This document shows, in pieces, positions 1 to 12,292 of a stretch of 31,878 nt of DNA. The position numbers were made by a program, and so were the translations under genes. Location of the stretch: contig NW_021829665.1 of the NCBI RefSeq assembly GCF_006345805.1, forward strand, positions 1-31,878, read 5' to 3'. Source of the DNA: Octopus sinensis. Taxonomy: Eukaryota. Under the pieces are notes generated by a model. That model did no database searches. It worked only from the letters and a program-made list of their open reading frames with translations, and was not told the DNA's origin. The number at the start of each line of letters is the position of its first letter. Positions within the stretch are counted from its first letter, which is position 1.

Positions 1-749
1 TCAACTGAGTTGCTGAAGCAGAATATTGTTATAGCAAATATTCTGCTCAATATCACAGATTTGTTTGTAAGTTGCTTGACATTAACCACTTTATCCTTTG
101 GTGGTTGACAATATGTGCATTTTTGATGATGAGCAGGAGTAGTGGGGGGGGGGGACACACATCACAACTACGTGTTAAGAGGGATTCTTTGGGGTTTTGA
201 ATAAATGTGACAAAAACAAAGTCTGAAGGAAATATTGACTATTTTTCATACTGTCATATAGGATGTAACAGTTGCTACCTAAGGATAAAAATCGTGTTAC
301 ACAGTGTAACTGGAGCACTAGTTATGCTAAAAACAACATGAACAACAAAACCTATAATTAAAACCTAACAAAAACCCATATAGTCTAAAAAAAATAGTCC
401 TGCAGCATGCAGCCTAAATCCTGTACATGATATTTCCCTTTCTATGGAACAAGTAACACAATTCATGCAACACATATTTACTATCCAATAAAAGTATACA
501 ACAATATGATACTCCTCTACATAATCAACAACTAATACCGTAACACATCCTCTACACCTGCAGCAACTCACCAAATGCATAGAAAATGTAATCACTAATT
601 CAATAATGTGAGACAACCAAACTCAACACATCCAACACAATCACCTTCTGTTAATATAACAACAACCTTCATACCCTTATACAATCACCACTTCAGTAAA
701 ATGATATAGCATAATATTGTTACATAATTGATATCTGCTATTGTGACAT

Positions 750-928
750 ATCACCCATAACCACCAATCAACGGAGTGGTTAGTGTTGGGAGGAGCATCC
801 AGCTGTAGAAACCTTGCCAAATCAGATTGGAATCTGGTGCAGCTCCCCAGCTATACCAATTTTTAGTTAAACCTTCCAACCCATGCCAGCATGGAAAGCA
901 GACGTTAAATGATGATGATGATGATGGT
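750..928 (+). mobile_element. RTE-type LINE 3' tail with (GAT)n end
   Basis: GGAGTGGTTAGTGTTGGGAGGAGCATCCAGCTGTAGAAACC...CCAACCCATGCCAGCATGGAAAGCAGACGTTAAAT(GAT)n matches the tail that follows the RTE ORF remnant at 30905-31095 in this window. Confidence 0.75.
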
Positions 929-930
929 GA

Positions 931-1058
931 AATCCACTCATAAGGCTTTGGTTGGCCCAAGGCTATAATAGAAGACACTTGCCCAAGGTGCCATGCAGTG
1001 GGACTGAACCCACAGCCATGGGTAGGAAACTTCCTATCACACAGCCACACCTGTGCCT
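931..1058 (-). mobile_element. SINE family A, 5' part (tRNA-derived head)
   Basis: Reverse complement matches the head of the full copies at 22025 and 23361 (A-box-like GTGGCTGTGTG, B-box-like GGGTTCAGTCCC). Confidence 0.8.
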
Positions 1059-1208
1059 GTATTCTTGCACTCATTACTTCTTTTGTTAATACTATATACC
1101 GTTTGTTCTTCCTTTCTTTTTTGAAATCATTCCATTCTGTGTTAATTCTTCATGTCAGTCTTAGCATTGTCTACCTCATCCATTGCCCTTGTGGCAAATA
1201 AAGAACCA

Positions 1209-1210
1209 TT

Positions 1211-1245
<35 letters not shown>
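1209..1245 (+). repeat. (CAT)n microsatellite
   Basis: Direct repeat visible. Confidence 0.95.
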
Positions 1246-1769
1246 AACCATTATTGTTTTCGTTGTTATAATGAAACTCATTCAACAGATTTTAATAAAA
1301 GCTCAATTTGTACAACGTCTTCTTCTTCTTCTTCTTCTTTTCTTCTCCTCCTCCTCCTCTTTTTTTGTGCTAATTTATGGGTACAAATTTGGACTTTCTG
1401 AGATACAATTCTAATACAGAATCAATCAGGTAGTTTGATCTTTCAGAACTATGTAAATGAATTTGACCTAGTTTCAATTTTCCTTTTTTTTTTGGGTTTT
1501 TTTTTTCTGGCTAGCGAAATAAAGGCGTTATGCTATGACAATTTTATAATTATTCTCTATCTATTCCACAATTTCAATACCTCTTTCTCTTGCTTCCATC
1601 TTCTCTTGGTATTTTTTTTTTCCCCCATTTTCTTTTCTTTACTTTCACTCACTTTCTCTTTCTTTCTCTCTCTTTCTCTCTCTCGCTTTCTTTCTCAATA
1701 TCTCTTTACCGTTCCTTCCTTTCTTGTCTTTCTTTTCCATTTCCTCCTCTGTTTCCCTCCAATTCTTTT

Positions 1770-2075
1770 ACACATTCAAACACACATACACACATGTGTG
1801 CGCGCACACAATACAAACACACAATATACATGCTACAAATGCACACAATACACATGCACACACACACACACATAATAAAAACACAATTCAAACACACAAT
1901 GTACACACATACACACGATACAAACACACATACACACACATACTACTATGCAAATCTACACAATACACACGTGCACACACACACACACACACACAATACA
2001 AACGCACACAATACACATGTACAAAATACACATACACACATACACACACATACACACACGCACATACACACACAC
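1770..2075. repeat. Degenerate (CA)n microsatellite
   Basis: CA/CATA-rich tract; source of the H/T-rich ORFs. Confidence 0.9.
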
Positions 2076-2339
2076 TATCCATCACTGCTTTTTCTTCTTT
2101 TTGTTCCCCATTTTTTTCTCTCTTTTAGTTGCAACACTATTCCATTTAAAAGGGGAGAATGAAAGGATTGGCAAAACAGGGCAGCAGATCCCCCCCCCCA
2201 AAAAAAAAACAAAGGAGAAACAACAAAAAACAGAAAGAAAATATTCGACCTGTCATATTTAGTCTTATCTCTTTTTGTTCTGGGTTCAAATCGCATCAGA
2301 GTAAACTTTACATTCCATTCACCTCCTGGAATCAATAAA

Positions 2340-3075
2340 ACAATGACAATGACAGTGGCAGTGGTGGTGGTGGTGGTGGTGGTGGTGTTGGTGTTGTTGG
2401 TAGTAGTGGTGCTGACTGTGGTGGAGGTGGTGGCAGCGGCGGTGGAGGTGGCAGTAATAGAATTGTGCCCATCACCAAAATTTCTGGTTATCATAGAAAT
2501 CAATATTCCATTTATTCTTGTGTGTGTATGAGTGTGTGTGTGTGTGCATGTGTGAGTGAGCACGCGTGTATGTGTGTGTGTGCGTGTGTGTGTATTTGTG
2601 TGTGTGAGTGTGCATTTGTATGCATGTGTGTGTTTGTATGTGTGCGTGTATGCATGTGTGTGTGCACATTTATGTGTGTGTGTGCACATTTATGTGTGTG
2701 TGTGTGCACATTTATGTGTGTGTGTGTGCACATATGTGTGCATTTGTCTGTGTGTTTGTATATGTGTGTGTGTGTGCATGTGCGTGTATTTGTGTGCGCG
2801 AGTGTGCATTTGTATGCATGTGTGTGTTTGTATGCGTGTGTGTATGCATGTGTGTGTGCACATTTATGTGTGTGTGTGTGTGTGCACATACGTGTGTATT
2901 TGTCTGTTTGTGTGTATGTGTGTGTGTGTTTGTGAGTCTGTGCATGCATTTGTGTGTGTTTGTGAGTGTTTGTGCATGTATTGGTATGTGTGTGTGTGTG
3001 TGGGTGTGTGTGTATAGAAGAAGAAAATTAAAACAATAACAATTACCGCAAAACAACAACGACGACAACAACAAC
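2340..3075. repeat. Compound simple repeats: (GGT)n, long (TG)n-derived tract with internal duplications, (CAA)n
   Basis: GTGCACATTTATGTGTGTGT is repeated three times near 2661-2720. GAGTGTGCATTTGTATGCATGTGTGTGTTTGTATG occurs at about 2606 and 2800. Confidence 0.9.
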
Positions 3076-3574
3076 AACAACAAACGAAGAAAGAAACAAA
3101 CATCCACTGTATATCCGGTGGGCTGATTTTCACATTTTAATTTTCATGAAAATTAAAAAAAAAAAACAATAAATAAATAAATAACACTAAAAACAAAGAA
3201 AGGTCATATATATACACACACACACACACATATATACAAACATACATACATACATATATGTATACATATATTTGTGTGAGTGTGTGTATATGTGTGTGTG
3301 TGTGTATATATATATATGTTGTAGTGCACCTGAAGCACTATATGCAATAATTTCATTATTATTATATTACACATACATATGTATATATGTGTGTGTACAT
3401 GTATTTACTTTGTATATGCATGAGTGTGTGCGTGTGGTTCTTACTGAACACTTGTAACTCCGAGTAATAGCTATTAAAGTTTTCAGCTTCTAATAAATAC
3501 GATAAAACTATAATAATTCATATTGAAATACACCCTCTGCTACTTCTTGCTCGCAAAATTCTTCTATTCTTAGT

Positions 3575-3604
3575 GTGTGTGTGTATATATATATACATAT
3601 ATAC

Positions 3605-3674
<70 letters not shown>

Positions 3675-4830
3675 AATGTATATATATATATATTATAAAA
3701 TAAATATACTAAGCAATAAAGGTTTAGCAACGAATTGCCATGCCTTACCACATACCGAATTTAGAAATAGCAGTCAAAGAGTTATAGCTATTTCTTCTAC
3801 TAAAAATATATATATATATATATACATAAATATATATATATATATACTATAATATATATATATATATATATACATACATAATAAATATTTATATCTATAT
3901 ATAAGTGTATATATTTATGTATGCATATATATATGCATATTATACATACATATATATATATTATATACATATACACATATATATAGTATTAATTAATAGT
4001 AGGATATATATATATTATATAATAAGTGTGTGTGTGTGTGTATTCATATAAGTATATCTGTATATATATATATACATGCATACATATATAAATATATATA
4101 TATATGCAAACACATGTGCATATATATTATATATACACACACACACGCACACGCACACGCACACACACACGCACATATTCATTACTTCATCAGTGACTAA
4201 AAAGACATTAATATCTTCTTTTTCTTTCTCACTTCTCTTTCCTGTTCTTCATTCTCTTTATTGTTTATTATTGTTGTTGTTGTTGACGTAGTTGTTGCTG
4301 TTGCTATTTTTGTCATTGTCAGCGTTGCAGTGTTGTTGTTGTTGTTGTTGTTGTGGTTGTTCTTATACATGCACACACACATACATACACATACAATATG
4401 TATGTATGTATGTATGCGTACATGTGTGTGTGTCTGTGTGTATATGTATGTATGTGTCTATATATATATATTTTTAATTTATTGTTGTCAATTCAAAAAA
4501 TAAAAGCTTTTAGCAGAAAAAAAACTCCATGTTTCCATTGTATTAGAACCTTCTTGCAAGGGCAATGGTGCCATACAATTGCACACACACACACACACGC
4601 GCACATGCACACACATTCACATACACACACATACACATGCAAATATACACACAGACGCTTTCATATACACATATATATTCACATATACATGAACATACAC
4701 ACACACACACACACATGTATGTATACAAATATATACAAAAACATGCATACACACACACTAACATAAACATGTGTACATATATTCATTTTCACAAGTCAGT
4801 TATACATAGTGTATAAGCATACGTATACAC
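3575..4830. repeat. (TA)n, (CA)n, (GTT)n and (CATA)n microsatellite field
   Basis: Direct repeats visible. Confidence 0.9.
3715..3805. mobile_element. Penelope-like fragment (same family as 13320-13400)
   Basis: ACCACATACCGAATTTAGAAATAGCAGTCAAAGAGTTATAGCTATTTC aligns with ACCACATACCAAAAATATTAGAAATAGCAGTCAAAGGGCTACTATTTC at about 13333. The Penelope assignment is from recall only. Confidence 0.45.
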
Positions 4831-5029
4831 ACACACACAAGTACTTATATATTCAGGTGTGTGTATGCATGTGTGTGTGTATGTGTGTGTGTGTGTGTGT
4901 GTGTATGTGTGTGTGTTACAAAGTAACTGAAAAATGAGAAGAAAGGAAAGAATAAAATTTTTAAACATGACAAATAAAACTAAAAAAAAATACATGAAAT
5001 AGATTAAACTCTCTTTCAAGTATGAGAAT

Positions 5030-5218
5030 GATTTCATTGTTGCTGTTACTACTGCTGCTGCTGTTGTTGCAGCTATTGCTGCTGCTGCTGCTGCTGCCGA
5101 TGATGATGACGATGAGGAGGAAGACGATGATGATGTGGACAACAATGATGGTAATCTTGATAACAGCAGCAATAACTATGTTGGTTGATGATGATGATGA
5201 GGATGATGATGACAATGT

Positions 5219-5282
<64 letters not shown>

Positions 5283-5391
5283 ATGATGTATGATGATGAA
5301 ACGATGACTACGACGACGACGACGACGATATGATGACAACGATGACAGCGATGATGATGATGATGAAGATGATGATGAAGATGATGATGAA

Positions 5392-5450
<59 letters not shown>

Positions 5451-6130
5451 CGATGACTACGACGACGACGACGACGATATGATGACGACGATGACAGCGA
5501 TGATGATGATGATGAAGATGATGATGATGATGATGTTGGTGATGATGAAGATGATGATGATGATGATGATGTTGATGATGACAACAATGATGATAACCTT
5601 GACAACAGCAACGATTATGTTGGTTGATGATGATGATGATGATGATGACAACAAAGATGATAATCTTGACAACAGCAACAACAGCGACAATGTTAGTTGA
5701 TGATGATGATGATGATGATGATGATAATGATGATGATGATGATGACGATGACTACGACGACGACGACGACGATATGATGACGACGATGACAGCGATGATG
5801 ATGATGATGAAGATGATGATGAAGATGATGATGAAGATGATGATGATGATGATGTTGGTGATGATGAAGATGATGATGATGATGATGATGTTGATGATGA
5901 CAACAATGATGATAACCTTGACAACAGCAACGATTATGTTGGTTGATGATGATGATGATGATGATGACAACAAAGATGATAATCTTGACAACAGCAACAA
6001 CAGCGACAATGTCAGTTGATGATGATGATGATGTTGATGATGATGATGATGATGATGAAGAGAGCTGATAATGGTGGTGATGACAATGACTGCAATGGCG
6101 ATGAATGACAACAATGGCAACGACAATTAT
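5030..6130. repeat. (GAT)n-derived compound repeat with higher-order units
   Basis: Long GAT/GAC/GAA tract; marker GACTAC at 5306, 5455 and 5750. Confidence 0.95.
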
Positions 6131-6240
6131 AAGATTGACAGTGGTAATGCTGAAGGTGATGTGATGATTTAATTTTTTTGAGTTCAGTCTTCAAAATCAG
6201 TAAATCCGATGGTTTCACTGTGTTGTTACAATTAGTTGGT

Positions 6241-6404
6241 GTTGTGGTTGTTTAGACCCAGGTCAGCTATGAACTAGAAGATCTCAGATCTCAGGCAATG
6301 TGAAAGGAAGTGTTTTACCCAAGAATAGAACACACCATCCAGAAGAGGAATCGAACCCAGAACCTGGTGATTGTGAATGCAATACCCTAACCACTAGACC
6401 ATGT
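6241..6404 (-). mobile_element. tRNA-headed SINE, short or internally deleted (family C-like head, family D-like tail)
   Basis: Minus strand reads TGGTCTAGTGGTTAGGG (A box) ...GGGTTCGATTCC (B box) ...AGCTGACCTGGGTCTAAACAACCACAAC; the tail resembles 14700-14723. Confidence 0.7.
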
Positions 6405-6489
6405 CTCACAAAGGCACATGGCTGTAGGACTGAAAGTCTATATTTAATAGTTTGAGTTTTTGTTTTCCTGTGAAGCTGATTTTTGATCT

Positions 6490-6760
6490 GTGTAAAGAGA
6501 GCTAGAACTTCTCCCATCCAAGGCTGACCATGTATTTACATGTGTATGGGCTGATTTGGCCAAGATTTTCATAAGGAAACTGGCAGTTGTCTATGCACAC
6601 AAATATTTCCCTCTCTATGCCACTGATGTCTATCCAAGTGAAAGGCCACTGACTCAGGTTGCTGCAGCTTCGTACCGATGCCATCTCAGACATTACGATC
6701 AGAACATAAAAGAGCCAGAGAAGATACTGGAAGGCTTTTTACCTAAACCTCTCACATTTC
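6490..6760 (-). mobile_element. Highly degenerate RTE ORF2 remnant
   Basis: Minus translation RSCSNL...LGQIS...VSLGWEKF resembles KRCSNI...YLGDQV...IRLGWAKF of the RTE remnant at 29852-30543. Confidence 0.4.
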
Positions 6761-6853
6761 CACAAACCCATTTCCACTATATTGATCCTTTTTTTAAAAT
6801 CAAAACTCCAAGGGGATGAAAAGCAAAAATAACTTTGACAGTATTTGAACTTT

Positions 6854-7250
6854 AGGTGAAAGCATGGCTGTGTGGTAAGAAGTTTGCTTCTCAACTATGT
6901 GGTCTAGGGTTCAGTCCCACTATGTGGTACATTGCACAAGTGTCTTCTTCTTTAGCCCCACCCCCCAACTAAAGGATTGTAAGTGGATTTGGTAGGCGGT
7001 GAATGAAAACCAGTTTTGTCTGTATATAATTCTGTGTGTATATGTATGCATGTGTCTCTTTTTATTTGTGTTCGTCACCACCACTGATTGATAACTTGTG
7101 TTGGTTTGATTAAATCCCCCTTACCCCTTACTTAGTGGTTTGGCAAAAAAGAGACTGATTAAATAAGTACTAGGGTTGAGTTTTTAAACATAAACCCTTC
7201 AAGGTGGTGTCCCAACATGGCTATGATCCAATGACTCACACGAGTAAAAT
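6854..7250 (+). mobile_element. SINE family A, full length, diverged
   Basis: Head, central microsatellite and tail are colinear with the 22025-22445 copy. Confidence 0.8.
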
Positions 7251-7709
7251 ATATAAAAAAGAAAGAACTTGAATAAAAATAAAATAAGAAAAAAAGTCAG
7301 AATGTCAGAATGAATGTTGTTAGGTATTCTGGTATTCTATTCAATGCTCTAGTGATCCTGGTAATTAGTTGCATTTTACAGCAACAACTATAAAAAAAAA
7401 AAATTGTAATTAAATACCACAAGACATTTTGTTCAATGTTCTACCTTGGAAAAAATATTTCACCTCCTAAGATGAAGTAAATAAACAGAAAACATTTCAT
7501 CTTATTGTGTTAAGTTGTTAACACTAAGCAGAACTATTATTTTAGTATCGCCTGCAAATTAAATTATGTTTGAAGAGCTGTAAAAAGGAACACAATTATA
7601 AGCAGAGAGTATAATGAAAGGGAGTAAGAAAACAACCTTGTGTTACTCCATGTTTATGCTAATAGAAAAAGAAGTGTGGCTTCTTAACAGCAATATGATG
7701 GTTGATGAT

Positions 7710-7853
7710 AAGGTGGGGAGCAGGCAAAATTGTTAGCATGCCACATGAAATGCTTACCAGCATTTTGACCGTTTTTACATTCTGAGTTCAAATTCCGCCA
7801 AGGTTGACTTAGCCTTTCATCCTTTCAGCGTTGATGAAATAAGTAACAGTCAA
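7710..7853 (+). mobile_element. SINE family B fragment
   Basis: CTGAGTTCAAATTCCGCCAAGGTTGACTTAGCCTTTCATCCTTTC matches the 24121-24351 copy. Confidence 0.75.
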
Positions 7854-7966
7854 GGAGTGGCCAGACATTCTATCCATCATCAACTCTCCACCATTCTCTA
7901 CACAGAAACCACATTCTTAACCTGTTTCTTTAATTCTTTATTATTAATAAGTATTAATAAGTACAT

Positions 7967-8382
7967 AGGCGTAGGAGTAGCTGTGTGGTTAGGTGCAGGA
8001 GTGGCTGTGTGGTAAGTAATTTGCTTATCGACCATATTGTTCCGGGTTCAGTCCCACTGTGAGGCACCTTGGGCAAGTGTCTTCTACTATAGCCTTGGGC
8101 CGACCAAAGCCTTGTGAGTGGATTTGGTCGATGGAAACTGAAAGAAGCTTGTTGTATATATGTGTATATGTATATGTGCATGTGTGTGTATATGTTTGTC
8201 CCCCAAACATCACTTGACAACCGATGCTGGTGCATTTACGGCCCCGTAACTTAGTGGATCAGCAAAAGAGACCGATAGAATAAGTACTAGGCTTACAAAG
8301 AATAAGTCCTGGGGTCGATTTGCTCGACTAAAGGCAGTGCTCCAGCATGGCCACAGTCAAATGGCTGAAACACGTAAAAGAG
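7967..8382 (+). mobile_element. SINE family A, full length, duplicated 5' end
   Basis: Nearly colinear with the other family A copies; head present twice (7967 and 7991). Confidence 0.9.
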
Positions 8383-8394
8383 TAATACCATAAC

Positions 8395-8612
8395 TGGCAG
8401 TAAGCTAACAGAGTCATTAAGCCTTCAGACAAAATGCTTAGTGGTATTTCATCTGTCTTTATGTTCTGAGTTCAAATTCCACTGAGGTTGACTTTGCTTT
8501 CATCCTTTCAGGGTCAATAAAATAAATATCAGTCGAAGACTGGGATCAATGTAATCAACTAAGCCCCCTCCTCTGAAACTGCTGGCCTTGTGCCCAAATT
8601 TGAAGCCAATAT
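8395..8612 (+). mobile_element. SINE family B, diverged
   Basis: B-box-like GAGTTCAAATTCC followed by GTTGACTTTGCTTTCATCCTTTCAGGGTCAATAAAATAA. Confidence 0.75.
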
Positions 8613-8839
8613 GGTAGTTGATGATTTATTAAGAGTTGTTCTACACAATGCTCCTATTCTCATTCCATTATTACATTGTCACAGAACAGAAAGTCCTAAA
8701 TAAGCCTGAAAAAAATTATCATTTCTTCATAGGCTAACACAAAATTATACAAATTTCTGAATCAAAGAATATGTTTTTTTTTTATGTGTGTTGATGTGTC
8801 TCTCACTTTATGCCTTTCCCTCTCCTTTTTTTTATCTGT

Positions 8840-9180
8840 CACATGTGTGTGTGTGTGTGTGTGCACATGTGTGTGCCAGTGTGACTATGAGCACATGTAT
8901 GAAGGATGTGTGTGCGTGTGTATGCACAACTGTATGTGTGCGTGGTATATGTGTATGCATGTGTGTGTGAGAGTGTGTGTGTGCGAGTGTGTGTGAATGT
9001 GTGGGTTTGTGTGAGTATGTGTGAATGTGTGTGGGGTGTATGTGTGTGTGTGGGGAGTGTATCTATGTGGGGGAGGGTATGTGTGTGTGTGTGGGGGGTG
9101 TATGTATGTGTGTGAGTGTGTGAATGTGTGTTGTGCATGGGTGGTGGTGTATGTGTGTGTGAGTGCATGTGGGTGTATCT
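8840..9180. repeat. Degenerate (TG)n microsatellite
   Basis: Direct repeats visible. Confidence 0.9.
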
Positions 9181-9330
9181 GTATTTACAGAGTTCCCTGT
9201 TTGTAAATATGTTTGTATGATACTCCATTTCTTTTTCCTGTCTCCCTATTTTTTCACTTTTCATTTACAATGTGTAAATCCTTTTTATTCCATCTTTTTT
9301 ACACAGTGAGCTGTACAAAGTATTCAAAGA

Positions 9331-9840
9331 CATATAAACAAGTAAGAAACCTCTGTGTAAACATACACACAAAAACACACACATACACACACACACACAC
9401 ACATACATATAAACAAGTAAGAAATTTCTGTAAACACAAACACACAAACACACACACAAGCACACACTTGCACACAGAAAGATACACACACACACACACA
9501 CACAAACATGCACACACATATAAACAAGTAAGAAATCTCTGTAAACACAAACACACACAAACGCACACACATGCACACACAAACATACACACCCACACAC
9601 ACAAACATATACACACAGAAACACACACACACACACACACAAATACAAATACACACACACACATATAAACAAGTAAGAAATCTCTGTAAACACAAACACA
9701 CACAAACGCACACACATGTACACACAAACATACACACACACACAAATACACATACACACGCACACACGCGCACACACACACATGCACACAAACATACACA
9801 CACACACAAACACGCAAACACCCCCACCCACAGACACACA
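9331..9840. repeat. Minisatellite: constant 30-bp motif separated by (CA)-rich spacers
   Basis: CATATAAACAAGTAAGAAATCTCTGTAAAC (with variants) at 9331, 9406, 9517 and 9662. Confidence 0.9.
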
Positions 9841-10714
9841 TGTATGTACATATGTTTGTATATACAGAAGTTTAGAGGTGACATTCTTTATATAAGTAGG
9901 CCTTTTGAATTATATAAGCAACTTCTTTGCTCCTCTTCTTTCTTTTCTTTTTTTCTTTTTGATTATATTTTTCTGTTTGGGCTTCAAAAAACCTTGCATT
10001 GAGAAACATCTGGTTTTAGAAATTCTTGATTTAACAGAGAAAGGGGGGGGGGAAAGGGTGTGTGTGTGTGTAAAAAACAAAAACAAAAAAAAATGATAAA
10101 GTGCAACATGTCGAAGGAAATTGATTAAATATGTTTCTTTTCACCATTTCTTGATATGATTATCTTTAACGGTTTCTGCACCATTTTATATAAATTTACA
10201 AGGTTAACCAATTTTGATAAGTCTTCATTTAATTTCTGATGCTGAAATAGCCAGTACTAGAAATTAATTGATGAAATTACAAAGAATTGAACCCATCTCT
10301 TATTAATCTGTTGTATCGCAAAAAAGAAAGCGGGGTGGTTTAAAAGAAGAATGGTTCAAAAGTCTGGCAGCAGCATAATTGCCTAATTGTAAAAATCTCA
10401 GACCTTCTCAAACTTTGAGGTTTCTGAACAACTGGGGGGATATAAAAAATAAAAACAGGAAGAAAAAAAGAGAAAAAAAAAAAAAGAAAGAAAAATGTAT
10501 GGTTTGAAAATTAGCGCATCATTATTGTCTCTTATTCAAAGGTTCTCAATGAATCCTGGGATTCCTAAAATAAAATTAGTAATATTTTATTTCAGCAATC
10601 CCAGAGATGCTAGAACATTATTCTATTACAAATGGTGTCAGTACATATTTCATTAGAATATCAAATAAATAAAAATAAAATGAATTAAAATAAAAAATAA
10701 ATTTTTTAAAAATC

Positions 10715-10920
10715 ACAGCAGGATTTAAACTGAGTAAAGGCATTCTGAGTTCAAATCTGGTGGGGGTGAATTTTCAGGGGTAGGATCAATAAAAGCACTA
10801 GGGTCATGCACAGTGAAATTGGTGGAATCAGTAGAACATCAGAAGGGATGCCTTGCTGTATCTATACCAGCTCTTTATGTTCTGAGTTGAAATTCCTTCC
10901 CCAGGGATTCAGTTTTCACC
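10715..10920 (+). mobile_element. Two degenerate SINE family B fragments
   Basis: CATTCTGAGTTCAAATC at about 10741 and TTTATGTTCTGAGTTGAAATTCC at about 10874. Confidence 0.5.
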
Positions 10921-11450
10921 AACAGCCAATTTTGGTTGTTCTCTCCGTAGGACCGACCGCAGTTGCTTATGAAAGTTACAAAGTGTTGGAGGTGGGGGCG
11001 TGACCTTACTTTACTGCGATCCAAAGATGATGATTCAGTATCTAACTCTGAATTAGATCCTTTATTTCCATGTATAATCATTAAAGAATTTAGTGATAAA
11101 CCAAATAAGTTCCTCTAAGAAGAAAACAAAAAAAAAAAAAAATCCCAAAAACTGAAACATTAATTTGAATTATGATATATTACATAATATGATTAACGAA
11201 CAATAGCATCACTGGTTGTAGGTTTGTAATGGAACAATCACTGGTTCACTAGATTTCTGAAGGCAAGAGTGATAAGGAAATGTTTGTGACTCAGTCTAGG
11301 ATGGAGAATACATCAATGGGCTTCATTGAATGAACACAAAACATTGGGTTTTCATTTTCCTTTTTTTGATGATGTGAAAAAACACGCATATAGGCATGTA
11401 TATATGTGTGTGTATGTGTGTATATATGCACGTGTGTTTGTATGTGTGTG

Positions 11451-11518
<68 letters not shown>

Positions 11519-11592
11519 CATATATATATATTATATATATATTATATATAATATATATATATATCATACATACATACATACATATATATATA

Positions 11593-11713
11593 CATCATCA
11601 TCATCATCATCATTGTCATTTAACATCTGCTTTCCATGCTGGCATGGGTTGGGCTGTTTGACTGAGAACTGGTAGGCCAGGAGAAGCTGCACCAGGCTCC
11701 AATTTGATCTGGC
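11593..11713 (-). mobile_element. RTE-type LINE 3' tail
   Basis: (CAT)n followed by TTTAACATCTGCTTTCCATGCTGGCATGGGTTGG, the reverse complement of the tail at 750-928. Confidence 0.8.
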
Positions 11714-11823
11714 ATACACAGACACACCCCTCCTTCACACAAGCACACTTACACATCCACACATACCCATTTAAATTTTCACAAACACACACACACATGC
11801 ACACCCACATCCACACTCATGGA

Positions 11824-11863
<40 letters not shown>

Positions 11864-12057
11864 TATTTTGCTGACAGACAGCATCAGCCCAATGTTTGCA
11901 TGTTATTCTTTATTGCTGTATATGATGAGCTTTGAGAACCACTGTTCCAAAACAGAATGATAAATTCTTTTGTTTCAGTCATTTGATTGCAGCCATGCTG
12001 AAGCACCATATATACAAACTCAAATTGGCGAGTGGAGCAGGTAAAATCCAGGCTACA

Positions 12058-12292
12058 TATGTTTCCTAGCTAGCAGCTTCTCTGATATAATAATTATTCA
12101 ATGAGGGGTATTCCACTAGCTAATCCTCAGGCCGAAGATACCTTAGTTATATGAAGGTTAGACTGTCATTAAAGAATCCAAAGTTAACTTGTCGAATATA
12201 TAATGAAGGAATCTTTGGCCTGATGCGTAGCTAGCAGTGTACCCCTCATTGAAGAATTACTACATCACAGGATCTGCTAGCCAGGTAACATA
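12058..12292. mobile_element. MITE-like element with about 95-bp imperfect TIRs, TA-flanked
   Basis: Arms at about 12058-12153 and 12197-12292 align as reverse complements with about 20 mismatches in 96 bp and no gaps; both ends are TA. Confidence 0.75.

Noticed and set aside
1-195. Probable interspersed-repeat fragment with a 10-bp stem (GCAGAATATT/AATATTCTGC)
   Set aside because: There is no second copy in the window and it is cut by the window start; only vague recall supports it.
1435-6218. Many long ORFs rich in H/T, C/V, Y/I, D, M or S (also at 8784-10002, 11291-11816 and 19028-19520)
   Set aside because: They are translations of microsatellites, open in several frames and on both strands, and higher-order periods break the frame.
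9331-9700. CRISPR-like repeat-spacer appearance
   Set aside because: Eukaryotic context, spacers are related (CA)n of unequal length, the repeat is not palindromic and there are no cas genes.
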